Positions 25,282 to 41,819 of a DNA stretch of 64,000 nt are shown here, one piece after another; within the stretch, counting starts at the first letter, position 1; every line of letters starts with the position of its first letter. Position numbers and translations under genes: made by a program. A model generated the notes under the pieces. The model was not told where the DNA came from and ran no database searches. It saw only the letters and a list, made by a program, of their open reading frames with translations. Source of the stretch: Camelus dromedarius (Eukaryota); contig NC_087438.1 of NCBI RefSeq assembly GCF_036321535.1, forward strand, positions 124,001 through 188,000, in the 5' to 3' direction.

Positions 25282-26333
25282 GTAAGTTCATGGCTCTTTG
25301 TTCCGTTATAAGTGATTTCTTGACTTCGTGGAGTGATGTTGCCAGTTTTTAATATATGTGAGTAATACACAGGTCTTACTTGAAATAAAAAATTCTCACT
25401 CTAATAATGCTTAAATTGTTTTTAATGTACAAATACTTAATTTTAGTACTAATATAAACATAGGTGTTAACATTTTTGCTGTAGCTTTTATATATCTATA
25501 AACCAGGTTAAACTTTAAATCAAGTAAACAGAATGATGAAACAGACGTCAGATGAGTGGCATTTACTGGGGTAGATGGTGGCAGCCATGCTGCTCAGCTG
25601 AGCAATGTGTAGCCCCTTCGGCTCTTGAGTTCACTGGGCCCATCTGCTCTCTGTTGGAGGAACTGAAGTTTGCTTATGAGTTCTTTTCTCACAGTCTCAC
25701 GATCATTACTAAATGCTAGTTGGCACCTTCTCAGACGTAAACACAAAGTGGATCTGGAGTAGCCTTGTGTCCTGGGATCCTGGGTGGTCACCCAGGTGAA
25801 CTGGGCTCTGCTTACCTAAGTGAAGACAACACTTCAGCATTTTCATGAGCAACTTGTGAATCACAGGCTGAGAATCATGGTCTGTACTACATTGTAAGTT
25901 TAGATTTGTATAAGCATATGTATCTGGGTACAAACATAAAAAGAGAAGACAAGTGAAAATGATAATTGGAAAGAAAACCCATAGTTGAAACTGGTATTTT
26001 GACTTGTGGTGTTGCTTTCTTTGTGTCTGGTTGCTTGCCCTGGGTTTTTGGCATTTCAGCTAATGGTGAGTGTCCTAGCCCCATGTGATGGGCTCTCTGC
26101 TGCTGATAGCTGTTTGGCGGCCCCGTTCAGGGTGAGGGTGAGGGTGTGCCCGCTGCCCACCTGCTGTGATGGCTGTGCTGTGCTCGGTGTTCGGGCCCAG
26201 CACCAGGCAGGGCCCTCTGGGCGTGGCAGTTGCCCTTGTGTTACTTCTTTCCCTTCAGGCTCTATCACCGCAGCCACAGTCTCTGTCTGGCCTTGTTGCA
26301 CCAGTGACTGACAGGTCGATTTTTCTTTTCCAG

Positions 26334-26495
26334 ATTTCTACCCAGTACCCAGTAGTGGATCATGAATTTGATGCAGTGGTGGTCGGCGCTGGAGGGGCAG
26401 GCCTACGAGCTGCATTTGGTCTTTCTGAGGCAGGGTTTAACACGGCCTGTGTTACGAAGCTCTTTCCTACCAGGTCACACACTGTCGCAGCCCAG
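26334..26495 (+). CDS. SDHA: SDHA exon 3 (GAGGAG FAD-binding motif; RSHT covalent-FAD histidine)
   Basis: [23 protein letters not shown]...[10 protein letters not shown], 162 nt, AG/GT junctions. Confidence 0.97.
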
Positions 26496-28258
26496 GTAGG
26501 AGGAGGGCTCACTCCGTGCCTTCAGTGTCTGCGCGGCGGCACTGCATGGATGGCACTCTGCCAGAGCAGCCTTCACCGCAGGCCACTCTCACCGTGCTCC
26601 CTCTGCTCCTGGCACTCACTCGCCAGGTCTTGGGGTCTCTGTCCACACTGCCCCCAGCCCACTGCCAGCAGCCTTTTTGTCACATATTTCTGCTCCAGTC
26701 ACACCCCTGGTGCCTGCCCCCCTTGTGGTGTGATTTCCTTCCTTGCACCTCCCCGATCTGAACCAGCTTGCTATGGACTTGGTCCCCAGCTGCCAGAACC
26801 CTCAGGGCAGCTCTCCAGGGTGGGCCTCCAGGGTACTGCTGGCGAGCTTTCATGGTGGCACAAAGGTGCAGCACAGAAAATGGTGGCCCTTGATGCTCTG
26901 AATTGAGGGAAGGAGTGAAGGCATGATGGGAAATCATGTGGTGATTTTATCATTTTGTTTTCTTACTCTAGACACATTAGACAGTGCCTGGCGAGTGTAC
27001 AGGTCATGTTCTGAAATCACGTTTGCCGTCTTTTCTTGTATTTGAACGCGTCTCCTTGTGGAGACAACAGAGGGTGCGGTGACTTTCTGGGAATGAGTGA
27101 AAGCCTCCTAGCCATTACATCTGGAGCAGCTGTGTTCAGGGCGCAGCAGCATTCTTCAGGCACTTAGCTGCCCAGATACTTGTGGTGAAAAGCTCTGCTT
27201 TTTAAACTGAAGAATAAGTAATATATATCTTTGGGGAATTCATTGTCTGGAAGGAAAAAGGGACATAAACAGGTAATTTGGAATGATATTGCAAAATAAT
27301 ACAGCTTTCAGGTAGTGCAATATTAATAAAATAAAAAGAATGAGAAAAGGTGGCTTAACTTGAGTGCTGGTTCTTGAGAAAAGGTTTGAATGGTGGAAGG
27401 ATGGCAGCATTTATGCAGGTGCCCGGGCCACATGTTTCTGCATTATTTTAAACCAGCTGTCTACTTCTGCTGCTCTGGAACTGAAGATTTTCATCAGGAT
27501 TGTGTTTGGGTTTGCAGTTGGAGGCGGGAGGGAGGAAGTAACTTGATGGCTCCTGTAGTGTGTCTGTGCTAGGTTCCTTGCTCTGTGCCAGTGCGAAAAG
27601 ATAACATGGGGAATGAGGCAGCGCTCAGGGCAAGGTTCTGCTTGACTCAGAAGTTCTGAGTGAATAACAATTGGGAAAAAGTGGGAAGTTAGAAAACATG
27701 CCTCTACTTGAGAAAAAGAGATAGAGGAGTAACTTGGTTTTAAGGTGTGGGGGGGGTGGGTAATGTTTGTCCCTTTGTCCCTGTTCTGTGATCTGTGTGA
27801 CTGAGGGATGTGTAGTGGGGGTCGGTGGGGAGGCACAGCAGAAGGAAGCGGGGGTTTAGGGAGAGTGGCTCTGAGCCCTTGGCAGGAGGCACTTCTGTCT
27901 TTAACACATGCCTGTAATACCCTTGGGAACGCTTGTCACAACATTATTGGGTACAGGTGACGAGTCTGTTCTACATGTGGGCTTGGGAGTAGGAAGTCTT
28001 GTCTGAGGAATCTTGGCGACCCTCCAGGAGCTCCCCAAGGAGCTGAGCACCACATCCTACTACAGATGAGGCACCGAGGCTGGGGGCTTCCAGAGCTGGG
28101 CCCTGTCTCTAGGTTGGCAGGGAGGGGGCGCCCGTTGGAGTCTGCCAGGTCATGAGATCTCTTTCCTGAGCCTGGACCCAGGGCAGAAGGTGGTAGGGAG
28201 GTGGGCCTGGAAGGTGCTGCTGGGTTCCTGTGAGGCTCACGGCGGCTCCTTCCTCCAG

Positions 28259-28402
28259 GGGGGCATCAACGCTGCACTGGGGAACATGGAGGAGGACAAC
28301 TGGAGGTGGCACTTCTATGACACTGTGAAGGGCTCCGACTGGCTGGGGGACCAGGATGCCATCCACTACATGACGGAGCAGGCCCCCGCCTCCGTGGTGG
28401 AG
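28259..28402 (+). CDS. SDHA: SDHA exon 4
   Basis: [48 protein letters not shown], 144 nt. Confidence 0.97.
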
Positions 28403-28564
28403 GTAAGGTCTCGCTGCTGTCCAATGCCCAAGGGATCGTGGTGGGAGCAGTCAGCCGGAGGGATGGCGGTGAGCTGCTGTCATGGGAAATCTTTCTTGGT
28501 GCTGACGTCTTCATAGAATGTGTTCATCTTGGGTCTGCAGATTAGTGTTGAAGTCCTAGTGTAA

Positions 28565-28951
<387 letters not shown>

Positions 28952-29750
28952 TAGAAAATTCAATTGATAATCATTCATACCAGGTTTGAACTTGGGGTCT
29001 GTCACACTGAAAGTGTGAGAACAGAGTAAGTATTTTGAGGCTCTTTTCCCACCTCCGAGTTCCTCAGCTGATTGATTTGTTTTAATATTTAACTGTTAAT
29101 ACTGGCCTGTGACTTGAGGGACAGTAGTCACTGGTTAATCAGGGCCAGCTTTGCTAAATAATCAATATTCTGAATAATACTGCTTTAGCACAGTTAGACA
29201 GTCCTGAATTCTCATTCTCCAGCCAGGACAGATCATTGATTTGCAAGTGCTGAGACACTGGCCTCCATGGCTGAGTGTTGGCAGTTGTGTAGCAGGATCT
29301 GCCCGTCCCTGGGAATCATGTGTCACTTGTAGGGCTGGTGGCTTGACGGCCGCCCTGTCCATTAAACTGGGGCTGTCAGATCCTGAGCCTGGTGCCAGGG
29401 CATTGTTCAGGTTGACCCTCCTGCTGTGTGGAGATGAGCTCAATGTTTTGTTTCCTTGGCCTAAGTGGCCACGTGGCAGCACACCTCCATGGTACAGGCC
29501 GGTCCAAGTCGAGGCCCTGTGGTCTGAGGGGAGCTCAGTGCTGCAGGTGGCGCCGCTCCGGGTTGTGTAGAGCTGAGAGCTATGTCCATGTTGCGGCATC
29601 CTTTTCTGGGGTGCATCGTTTGTGTGGCAGCACTGTCACATGATGGCTTTGGCACGGTCATCCATGGGCTGCCGTCTGCACCTCTTTCCAGCCTGGTGTT
29701 CCCTGAGGGTTTGCCTGCACCAGATCCAGTCTTTAGCCTGTTGGCTTTGA

Positions 29751-29948
<198 letters not shown>

Positions 29949-30568
29949 TAGGGATCTACTTTTGCTGTGTTTAGTTTCTTCACTGTGGTGAAATAGAGGC
30001 ATCACGGGGTCCTGGCTGAGGCGCAGGCTGCGACTTTACCCAGGGAAGGCAGTCGCTTTGCCAGCCCAGGGGCGACACCAGCACTTGCCTTAGGTGGCAG
30101 GCAGGTGTCCTCAGCTCACAGCTGGGGGGACCCTTGAGGAAATAGGCCTGGAGGGTCATGTGATGTTTTCTAGAATAACATCTTTTTTGCTTTAATGGAT
30201 GTTGTGTTTATACTGATTTCTGGGTAGATAAGTGGTGTTCATTCACATGAGGGAAGTAAGTAAATTCCATCTCATATGCGATTAGTCTGTTGTTTTAACC
30301 CTTTTAAGTAGTGAACTCTTAAGTGGTTTTTAATTTCATCAGGAAAGTAACATTAGCTTATCAGGGAAATTCACACAGCATGAAAGTGCCCTAAAGTACA
30401 GTGACAGCGCCGCCTCTGCCCCAGGCTCCCTTCCGGCACCCTGGCACCCTGTGCGGTCGGCACCCACAGAGGCGCTGCCTGGGCTGCTCCGTCTGCCCAG
30501 GGCCGTGAGAAGGGAGGTCCTGACTGGACGCTGGTGCAGTCAGCTCTGCCGGTCCATCTGTTTTCCAG

Positions 30569-30693
30569 AGGCTACGGGCGCACCTACTTCAGCTGCACGT
30601 CTGCCCACACCAGCACCGGGGATGGCACTGCCATGATCACCAGGGCAGGCCTTCCCTGCCAGGACCTGGAGTTCGTTCAGTTCCACCCCACAG
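30569..30693 (+). CDS. SDHA: SDHA exon 7
   Basis: [19 protein letters not shown]...[10 protein letters not shown], 125 nt. Confidence 0.97.
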
Positions 30694-32058
30694 GTAGGGC
30701 AGGTCAGGGCTCTCTGTCCTTGGAGCACTGAGTGCCTGCGGGAGCTCCTCTGTGGTTCGTGCAATGCTGCTTTCTGGATCTCAGACCCTGATTGAGACTT
30801 GCTCAAGGAGGCTCGGCCCTGTTTCCCCCAAGGCAGTGGAGGTCACCGTTTTACCTCTGCACCCTGTCTTGGCGCACTTACCCAGCCAGGAAGCGGTGGT
30901 TGTCCAGTGTCGTCCTCCTCTGCTAGGGGGCGGGGATGGGTCTGCCTCGTGTGTCCTGCGTCCCTCGGTGCCCAGCCCGTGGTCAGACCTCAGGCAGTAG
31001 AGAATGGTGCAGACTGCAGTTTGCAGAAGGGTGTCCGTCAGGCTGCTGCAGGGAGAGTGTGATGGGGGTCCCTGAGCTGTGGACGAGTGCGGGGACCAGC
31101 ATGCATGGGAGGGGAGGCTGAGGGGGTGGTTGGCAAATCCTGTCCTGAGCTTTCTGGGTTTTCTGACCTGTCAGCGGAGGAGCTGCCACTGCGCCAAGGA
31201 ACCAGGTCTGTTTTTCTCTCTGCTCCATCAGTATGTTCTTTCTGAACCCTGGCAGAGATAAGAAGTAAAAAATGTATTATGTGGTCATTTTATTGCTATT
31301 TTTAACTAACAAAATGTCTGAGGCTTCTGAGTTCTCTTTATAGTTAGAACTCCAATTCTTTTGCTTCCTTTTCAACATGTGAGAAGTAAACCACTGGAAA
31401 AAATACCATCGAAACCAGGAAAACTGGAAGATGAGATGCAGGAATTTGCATCTTATTCTAAAAGCACAGTGATCTTTTGTGCACTGCTTAATGTGCCAGC
31501 CCTTCCAGCTGCACTGATGGATGTGTTAACATCCTGCACTGGGCGTCCTTGTCCTCGTTATACTGGGCGACAGTCCAGATAGGGCACAACTCCCCCCCAC
31601 CCCCACCCATTGGCAGACGTGGATTTGGGCTCTGCCCTTCCCAGTGTCGTTTTGGTGGGCTCATCTCTGAAGATGGGAGCCACCCTGCTGGGACCGTTGT
31701 GAGGTGTAGCTCTCACACAGTAGGTGCTGCCTCGTCATCTTGTTACTTTAGAGGCCAGCTTTCCAAGATCCTTAGTCACCACAGTTCCGTGGTGCAAAAG
31801 GATGTTCACAAATTAACACAAAAGCTGAGGTATTTAACATACACTTAGTCGTGTTGAGAGTTTAGAACACAGCTGTAATTGGGGTATCGGGCAGAGCTGT
31901 GTTGTCTATGCAGCCGACCTTTCTGCGACTTGGTCGTTGCTTGTCGTTGCCAAAGCGTCATGAGTGTCATGCCCTTTGTACACCCTTTCCTCTCTCCCCC
32001 CAAATGTTCTCTCTCCCCCCAAAATGTCTTGGGGAAAATATTTGCATTTGAGATGTAG

Positions 32059-32340
<282 letters not shown>

Positions 32341-32952
32341 TGAGCTGGGTGGCTTCTGTGTGAGTGTCGGCCCCCCGCCCGCCCCAGAGCACGTGTGTAC
32401 TTACCTCTGACTGCCTGGCAGTTTATGATCTCTCTCTGCGTTTTGAGACATCTGGCCAGTTTGCTGTAAGTCTTTCTCAAATCCGTGGAACATAGTTTGT
32501 GTGAGTGAGTGTGTGACAGGGGCAGACACTTAGTTGGGGGCAAAGACATACCCCCAACCTGAGGTTAGTGTGTGAGCCTCAAACAGCATGTTGATTTAAC
32601 CCCCAGACAGTTGGGGCCCTCAGGGTGGGTGGGCTGTTCTTCAGTAAAGCAGCCTGAGGCGTCAGTGCTCTGCACTGTGCCCACTGGTTAAATGCCTGGG
32701 GATGTGGCCTCTAGAGGTTTGACATTTGTGCACAAGGAGTGAGAAGTCCGATGGCTCCTTGGAGCTTTGGCGTGAAAGGATGTTGTAATGCACTCACCAA
32801 GGAGAGCGTGGCAAGTTGTGACCTCCCGACACTTGGGTGGGCTGTTTAGGGCAGGCTGTCCATGGTGTTCACGGCTGCGTCCAGCACCTGGAGTCCACCC
32901 TGGTATGTGATGGGAGCCGAGAAGAGGTGCCATGTAAAGGTGGCCTTGGTGA

Positions 32953-33339
<387 letters not shown>

Positions 33340-33586
33340 TAATTAACTGTGAACAGTTTATAATCTCTGCTTAGTCACAGACACAAGGTCACGTGCAGTT
33401 TTTCCAGTGTGTAGTTACATTTTCCTGCGTGGTTGCATGTTGTGAATGGTGAACTGTGTGCTCCTTACAGTCAATACCTTTGTGTGGCCTGTGGTTCACA
33501 AAGAGCTTTCTTGCTGTTTTGCTTGAGGTGGGAGGGAATTGCTGGAGGGGTCTGAATCACCGCCCCAGGCATCTGCCTCCAGCTAA

Positions 33587-33982
<396 letters not shown>

Positions 33983-35718
33983 TAGCCTGGCTGTTCCAGG
34001 AGGCAAGAGGTTACAGTCTCGACTGTGATTGGAAATCTGCTTTGTGGTCATACAGTGTGGGTCTGGATTTTTCCCCTGGAATTGAGGAAACAGGGATTCC
34101 GAGACTTTTGTGGTGATAGACTTGAGACTAGACACAGGCTGTGTGGGGCAGTTAGGAGAGTAACCACTTTTTTTAGTCAGATTTTTTTGCAGTCATTATT
34201 ACCTGCTCAGGAAAGTCACTACTGGAAAATTGTTATTTCGAGGGGGTTTATCACGTTACTTGCCTGGTATGAATTACCTCCAAAGAAATGTTTTCAATGG
34301 TAGGTATAAATGAATGTACTTACAGAAAGTTAGTAAAATAATAAAAAAAGAATAATCTGTTAGAAGAAAAGGGATGGGTTAATGCAAACAGTAGAAGCCT
34401 GGGTCACGGCTCTGCCTTTTCTCTGAGGGAGTGGACTCCGTCAGTGATTCTCTTCTTGTGGTAACTAAATAATTTGCCAATGAAAAAAATACTACGTGTT
34501 GGTCTGACGCCAACCCTGGTGCTCACTGCTGTAGTCTCTCAGAGCAGAGCAGGAAATTAGACGTTCCCTTTCATTGACAGTGAGAAAAAGGAAGTTCTGT
34601 AAGAATGTTTTATACTTTTCTATCTGAAAAACCAATGCACACTTTAAAAAATTTTATGGAACTCAGCAGTAAAAAGGAGCAAACTACCCACACGTGCAGT
34701 AACACGGATGCATCTCCCATGTGCCAGGCGGTGTGATCCCGAATCAGGAGGCCACACATGTGTGGCTCTGTCTGTGTGGCGTCCTGGAGAAGGGGAGCAA
34801 GGGCAGGAGCCAGGGGGCAGTCAGCAGGGCTGGGGCTGCGTGTGGTGGGGCTTATGCAGCTCTGCTTGTCAGAACCAGCAAACTGCTCTAAAAGTGATAC
34901 CATGCTTTAGTTACACTTTAATTTTTAAAAAGAAAAAAAGGAAAGGAAAAATGTTTGTACCACAAATTTTCCGAAAATATGCGTATTTTAAACATTAAGA
35001 TGCATAAACTGTGTTCTGTGCTCTGATGTTGGCGGTTACGAGAGTCTAGATGTGCGTTAAAATTTATGGAACTGTGCACCTAAGGAAAAACTCAGTTTTA
35101 TGGAATATTCATTTTTAAAACATTAAAAATAAGAGCTCAGGCACGGCTTGGCCTTGGAGGCCTTTGTTTCACACTGACATGTTTTCTTCTGTAAAAAATA
35201 AATCTAAAAACATGCCATCCCAAAGAAAGTTTAAAACCCTCGAAACGTTTATCCTTTTAGAAAGGCGAGAATAGCAAACCTGGAGGTTTGGGTAAGAGCT
35301 GGTTCAGGGCCAGGATCAGCAGGAGGCTGTTAAACACCTCCAGCCAGTGAACCCCCCACTCCCCCACCTCCAAGTCTGAGAACTGCTGTTCTGGATAATA
35401 GAGCCGTGGTGTAAGGGCTGTTTGCATAAATCTAACTTTTTGCCTTAGGAGATGGTTTCTGTTTTGCTTATTCAGAGGTTACCTATTGGACACCTACTTT
35501 TTGCCAGAAATTTTGTCTTTTTGTTTACTTTTTGGTCCCAGGTTAGTAGATACTTTCTCAGGAATAGGCTGATCCAGTGGAGGGTTAGCTCAGGTTATGT
35601 GTACATTTTCCAGATTCCCTGGAAGGGTGTAATACACATTTGATGTCATGGAAAATCCATCTGGGTTTTCTCAGTGTTTTACAGAGGTTAAATTCTGGCT
35701 TTTTTTTTTTTTCTTTAA

Positions 35719-36096
<378 letters not shown>

Positions 36097-36969
36097 TGAG
36101 GAGCTATCCAGCAGCTCTGGAACTGTCCTCAGACTGGGCCTGTGGATGCCTCTGAATAAATTCAAGGGGTAGCGTGGGAATGTGCAGAGGCCGTGTCTGT
36201 ACACTGAGTTACTGCCTCCTAGGTCAGCACGTGTGATGGGGCGACCTGTGTTCTGACCACATGTGATCATGGGGCCAGTCTCAGTTTTAGTTCATTTCAA
36301 CTTAAGCATACATACCTGTGGTTAGTGGCTACTGCACCAGGTAACAGGTTTAGGTTAATTGAAAACATGTAAATCAGCTAGGAATCAATAAAGTTCTTTT
36401 AATATAGGGATTCTTGGTCTGTGAATGAGGTATCTGTCCACCTGAAATTATTTACAAGGATTTCTGTGTGGGGTTTTTTTCTGGAAAGAAGCCCCTCACT
36501 TTAGTTTCATTCTGAAAGGGTTCCAGTGGCCCCGACACACAGACACCGAAAGGGAAAAGGTGCTTCAGGCTATTCTCGTAGGGCTGTGTGGTTCTGTCTT
36601 CAGATGAGGCTGGGCTTCGGAGAGGCCTCATGCGATGTAAGGAAGGTAGCAGGAGTAAAGCAACAGAAGCCTGGGTAAAGGGAGTCGAAAGGTGCAAACC
36701 TCCAGACAAATGTAACTGCATCCTGGGGATGTCAGGTGACTAGAGTGAATGTCACCGTACTGTGCATTTGGAATTTGCTTAGAGGGTACATTTTTAAAGT
36801 TCTCATGAACAAGCAAACTTCGTTTTAAAATTCAGAGTAACAAACTCATAGTCTGAATTTCCTAGATTTTCTATTTACATAAATATTTTACAGAAAATGA
36901 AATGCATCAAAAAAAACACTAAAGGTTACAGGTTCCTGGCATGGCTTTTCCTGATACTTTGTGTTGCAG

Positions 36970-37081
36970 TCGATGCAGAGCCACGCTGCAGTGTTCCGTG
37001 TGGGGAGCGTGCTGCAGGAGGGCTGTGAGAAGATCAGCCAGCTCTACCGCGACCTGCAGCACCTGAGGACGTTTGACCGGG
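36970..37081 (+). CDS. SDHA: SDHA exon 12
   Basis: [37 protein letters not shown], 112 nt. Confidence 0.96.
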
Positions 37082-37167
37082 GTGAGCGTCCCGGACCCTG
37101 TTCATACTCGCCCTGCTGCATGTGCATGGCGGGCTGCTGTCAGGCCTGGCTCGTCCCATTTAGCTGA

Positions 37168-37455
<288 letters not shown>

Positions 37456-39012
37456 TGAGAAGAATGCTTTTTCTCTTCTGATGACTCAGTTCAGTGCTAG
37501 TGTGACCTTTTTCTTGCTCTGGATGGGTGTCTGCTGCTGCCGACGGTGGTGTCCCCAAGCCTCACTAGAGCAGGTGTTAGTGCACAGCAGATGCTGTTGC
37601 CTGAACATGCTCACGTGCTGACTAGAAACGATGAGTAAATCATTGGTTCACACCTGCCCTCTGGTTTGGGAGAGGGATTATAGAGCCTCATCTTGGGTCA
37701 CTGTTTTTTTTAATGAACTGATTTTTATGCAGAGCTCACATGTCAGATTCTGCAGAAAAGAGCTCTCGGCATGGGGTAATGGAAGAGGGTGTTCGGGGGC
37801 CGGTTGGGTTAAGGATGGAGCACATTTGCTGGACCTTAGCTCCTTTCCCTACAATGGACACACAGGCTTTGGTCCAGGACAGTGTTTGGGTGGCCCAGCT
37901 GGAGGCCAAGCAGGAAGAACTAGGTTTTGATCCCCTGTGAGACTTAGTGATCCCGTGCTGATTGGGGCGGGATTAGGTTTGCCGTGTGCGCAGTTAGAGG
38001 AGGAGGTTAGTGAGCACACCCGTCTGCACAAAGGACAGAAGCCTCTCCCCAAGGCCTGGGGTTGGTGGTTCATGTGGCTGAGACGTGACAGCGGACATGC
38101 AAGGGGAACGTGCTTGCCCTGGGAGGGCTCGTCCCCCACAGGCACAGGTGTAGAGTAGGCAAGTGTGCCCCGCGCCGCGTGGTAAGATTAGCCAAGGGGG
38201 TGGGTGTTTTGGGTTTCATGTGAAGAGGCTCGTGTGTCTTATCTGTTACCATGAGTGAGCAAGGTATTCTTTACTAGTGTTCAGCTTCTCTTTAAAAGTT
38301 TTTGAAAAATTTAATGTGAATGCCAAAACTACATAAAAATAAAAAGGTCTTAAAGAAAAGTTGAACTCTCCAAGAGTACAGAGCAAAAAGACAGGAAAAA
38401 TATTTGCACTTTTTAGTGTATAAAAGACCAATTTAATTGCAACATCTGTCCAGTAGCCATAGACAGAAAACGCAGAAGCGGGTTTCTGCTCCTCGCTGTG
38501 CTGCAGGCCTGCGGCACAGCTGTGTGGCTCGGAGGCCTGACCTGTTGGAAATGGAGTGAATGAGGGGTGGGGGCCCCAGGCTGGGCCAGCACAGAGGGAG
38601 GGGCTTGTCAGTGTGTCTGGAGGACCGACAGCTCATCAGAAAGGGCCCATCGGTAGGTCTACAACACTGACCGCTGGCCAAAGGATCCCAAGTCTCGTTC
38701 CCATCCCTGCGTGTGGTGCTGGGCGACATGTTCTTGCTGTGTAGTCTTCCAGGTCAGACCTGCACACGCAGTTTCAGTGGGAACTGTAGCAGGGACGCAG
38801 GTTGGAAACGGACCGGGAAGGTCCTGGCTCTCTGAACAAGGTCTGCGTTGGCGGTGGGGCCCCGCCTGCTGAGTGGGGTCTGGAGGATTGACGTCAGATC
38901 TCTCTGATGAGTTTGCCATGTTTTCTGGTTTTACTGCTCTGCAGAGGAATGAGTTTGGACATGATGGCGGGTTGCGTTCTCTGAAATGAACTTACTTTCT
39001 CTGCGGCCTTAG

Positions 39013-39126
39013 GAGCGGGTTGATGAGTATGATTACTCCAAGCCCATCCAGGGGCAGCAGCAGAAGCCGTTTGAGCAGCACTGGAGGAAGCACACGCTTT
39101 CCTACGTTGACATCAAGACAGGGAAG
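39013..39126 (+). CDS. SDHA: SDHA exon 14
   Basis: [38 protein letters not shown], 114 nt. Confidence 0.96.
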
Positions 39127-40294
39127 GTACGTGTTGTGCGGTTGAGCATTTGGTGAACTGGGAGAAGCAGCGTGGATTTAAATGGACTGTTGGCAGATTT
39201 GAGTCACCACAGAAGACACTATCAGTCAGGCTTCTGCCTGGAAACAGAGCCCAGCACAGGTGGTCAGAAGGGTGCTCCCACAGCACTGGTGCTGGGCAGG
39301 TAAGCGCCCGAGGCCTGTAGTAGGGGCAGAGGTGGTGGTTCTGAGCCTGGTGGAGAGGAACAGACAGGAGGACCCCCTCCCCTCCTGTCCCTTTGGCAGG
39401 CCACCTGGAAGCAGCCTCAGGGGAGCCCAGGCGATGCCGTGCAGCCTTAGCTTCCCCTGGGCAGGAAGGGGCGGGGCGCCAGGGTCTGGAGACAACCAGC
39501 CCAGATGCAATGGCCCTCAGTCGGTCTTCATCAAAGCATAACACATCCTTTTGGCATTTCTGCTAGGCATTAAGATTCAGAAATAATTACAGTATTAAGT
39601 GTTTATGCCCTTAAGCTTTTCAGAACTTGTAAAGGATAGTCTTAATCTTTTTTGGGATCTACAGCAGTTACCTTGTGCCGTGTCCTCATCACTTCCACAG
39701 AGTGCCTGGTGTGTATTTAATCAGGCGGCGATAATTTTCTTAATTTTTCATGTGGGCTGTTTTCTGGCAGTGTCTAGAGTCAGAGTTCCCTCTTAGTACA
39801 AGCCAATTTTTGTAACATTGGGTTTTTTTTCTGATTGTAAAAAATATATGCTCAGCTTAGAAAATATAGATAGAAAGAATAAAGTTAACGTTTCTAAGCT
39901 CACCAGAGATATGCTTTATTATCATTTTGAAATATTTTCTTCAAATTTTGTGTGTATATAAACTTTGATTTAGAAGTAGAAAAAACTGCAGACAGTTTAC
40001 ACAGACTCACAGGATGACAGTGGACATGGGGCTCCCTACTTTTTGAGCATTTTCCGTGTCAATGTCAGAGCATTGGCAGCTCGGTGCACTGTAATTATAG
40101 TTGATGTAGCCACCACGTGGATTCATAGTCCTGAGTTTGTGGTTGAGAAACACTTCAGTGAATGCCTTTGTGTTTAAGTTCCTGAAGGCTTGTCTGCAAA
40201 TCTGCTTTTATGGTTGATTTTCCTCAGGCACACAAGGGAGTGTGCTGTTTGTGCATTTTTGTGCGCTGACTCACCACCAACTCTTCTTCTGTAG

Positions 40295-40381
40295 GTCTCG
40301 CTGGAATACAGACCTGTCATCGACAGAACGTTGAACGAGGCTGACTGCGCCACTGTTCCCCCAGCCATCCGCTCCTACTGA
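40295..40381 (+). CDS. SDHA: SDHA exon 15 (to stop)
   Basis: VSLEYRPVIDRTLNEADCATVPPAIRSY*; total CDS 1995 nt = 664 aa using the middle exon-2 acceptor. Confidence 0.97.
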   Translation, partial: VSLEYRPVIDRTLNEADCATVPPAIRSY

Positions 40382-41819
40382 GGAGACTGGAGTACCCCGC
40401 TCTTGTAATTATGTGTAACAGCTCACACCCGTGTTCGTGTCGTGACCGCCGCCTTCAGCTGAGGACGCATCCGAGGGAGATTGCCTGCAGTGACCAACAG
40501 CCAGGAGTGTTCCACTTGTCTTTATCCCTGCTTCATTCTTGGAAAGTAATCAAACTGGGCATGATTCTTAAATGAAGCGAAAGTTACAAACTTGCTTTTA
40601 CTTCCAAGCTCATTTATAATCTTATACTGTTTGACTTGAGGCATATTGTTGACCTGAAATATGTGCCTGTCTTTTTATTCTGTCACATCAAAGTCAAGAA
40701 ATTTTGTTGTAATATATGTTTGAGTTAGAAATGAATTTGGGTGCCTGACAGCAAATGCAGAAAACAGACATTTCCTCCTTGTTCTTAGCATATGGTTTGA
40801 TAGGTGAACATGTGTCCTGAAGTATTTAAATGACCAAATACTAATGGAAGCTGATGTGGCTGTGAATGGATTTCTTCCTTTTCCCACTTCTGTGCAGATG
40901 CCGCTTGGGCCACCTTCTAGGTTCTTGTCTTGGGGCAGTTTTTGTAGAATCCAGTCCTAGGCAGTCAGGTTCATTTGTTTCAGATTCTATTCTTCAAGTT
41001 TAAAGATTACCTTTAAGATTTTCAGTTTGTAAATATGTAAAGTGTTTACATGATTCCAAGGCCCGTGTGTTCAGAGCTCACCTCCTTAGTTGTCCCCCCT
41101 GCTCCCTACTCCCCTCCATGGCCCCCACTGTGTTTTTTCTTTCTAGTTAGTGTCCTGAGGAAGAAGAAAGGAAATACATGTTTGTATTAATTAGTAAACT
41201 GCTCTGCCCCTTGCCTGCACATTCGGGGTCCTTCCTCGTCAGCCGACCTTCCTCCCTCCTCCTTTTGGCTGCTTCGTGCTCCACTGCACGAGTGTTCTGT
41301 CCTCTAGCGGGACGTTTGTTGCCTCAGTGAGTAACTGTGTGGAGTCGTTTTCTTTGCCAGTTTCTCAGAGGGGGAGTCCTAGAAGTAGGATCCCTGGGTC
41401 AGAGGGCAAGTACACTTGTTTTGTGAGATGCTGCAGAATTCTCTTCTGTAGGGGCTGTGAAATTCTGCATTGCCACCAGTAGTGCCCGAGTCCCTGTTTC
41501 CCACAGCTCTGCAGAGAAAGTATGGTGGTAAACTTCTACCATCCAAACTGTAAAGATTACATCTGATTGAAATAGGTTGAATATATTAAAAACTGAATTC
41601 ATAATGGTAATTTTAAAAAACCAGAACCAAATAAGAATATAATGAATGACTCTTGGAAGTAACTAGGGCACTGACTGCTAACACTGACAATGGACAATTA
41701 AAGGAAAATGATGAAATGACTATCCTGCCTTTTCTCTACAAATTGCAATTCATGATAACCTAGTTGATTAGGGAACTTCACAGAGGGCTTCCTGAGATAG
41801 ATGAGTGGCACCATTCGGC

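Noticed and set aside
26129..26147. (AGGGTG)3 telomere-variant-like repeat
   Set aside because: Only three units, expected by chance in GC-rich DNA.
31990..32027. ~19-bp tandem duplication upstream of SDHA exon 8
   Set aside because: A real but ordinary slippage duplication that does not touch the acceptor.
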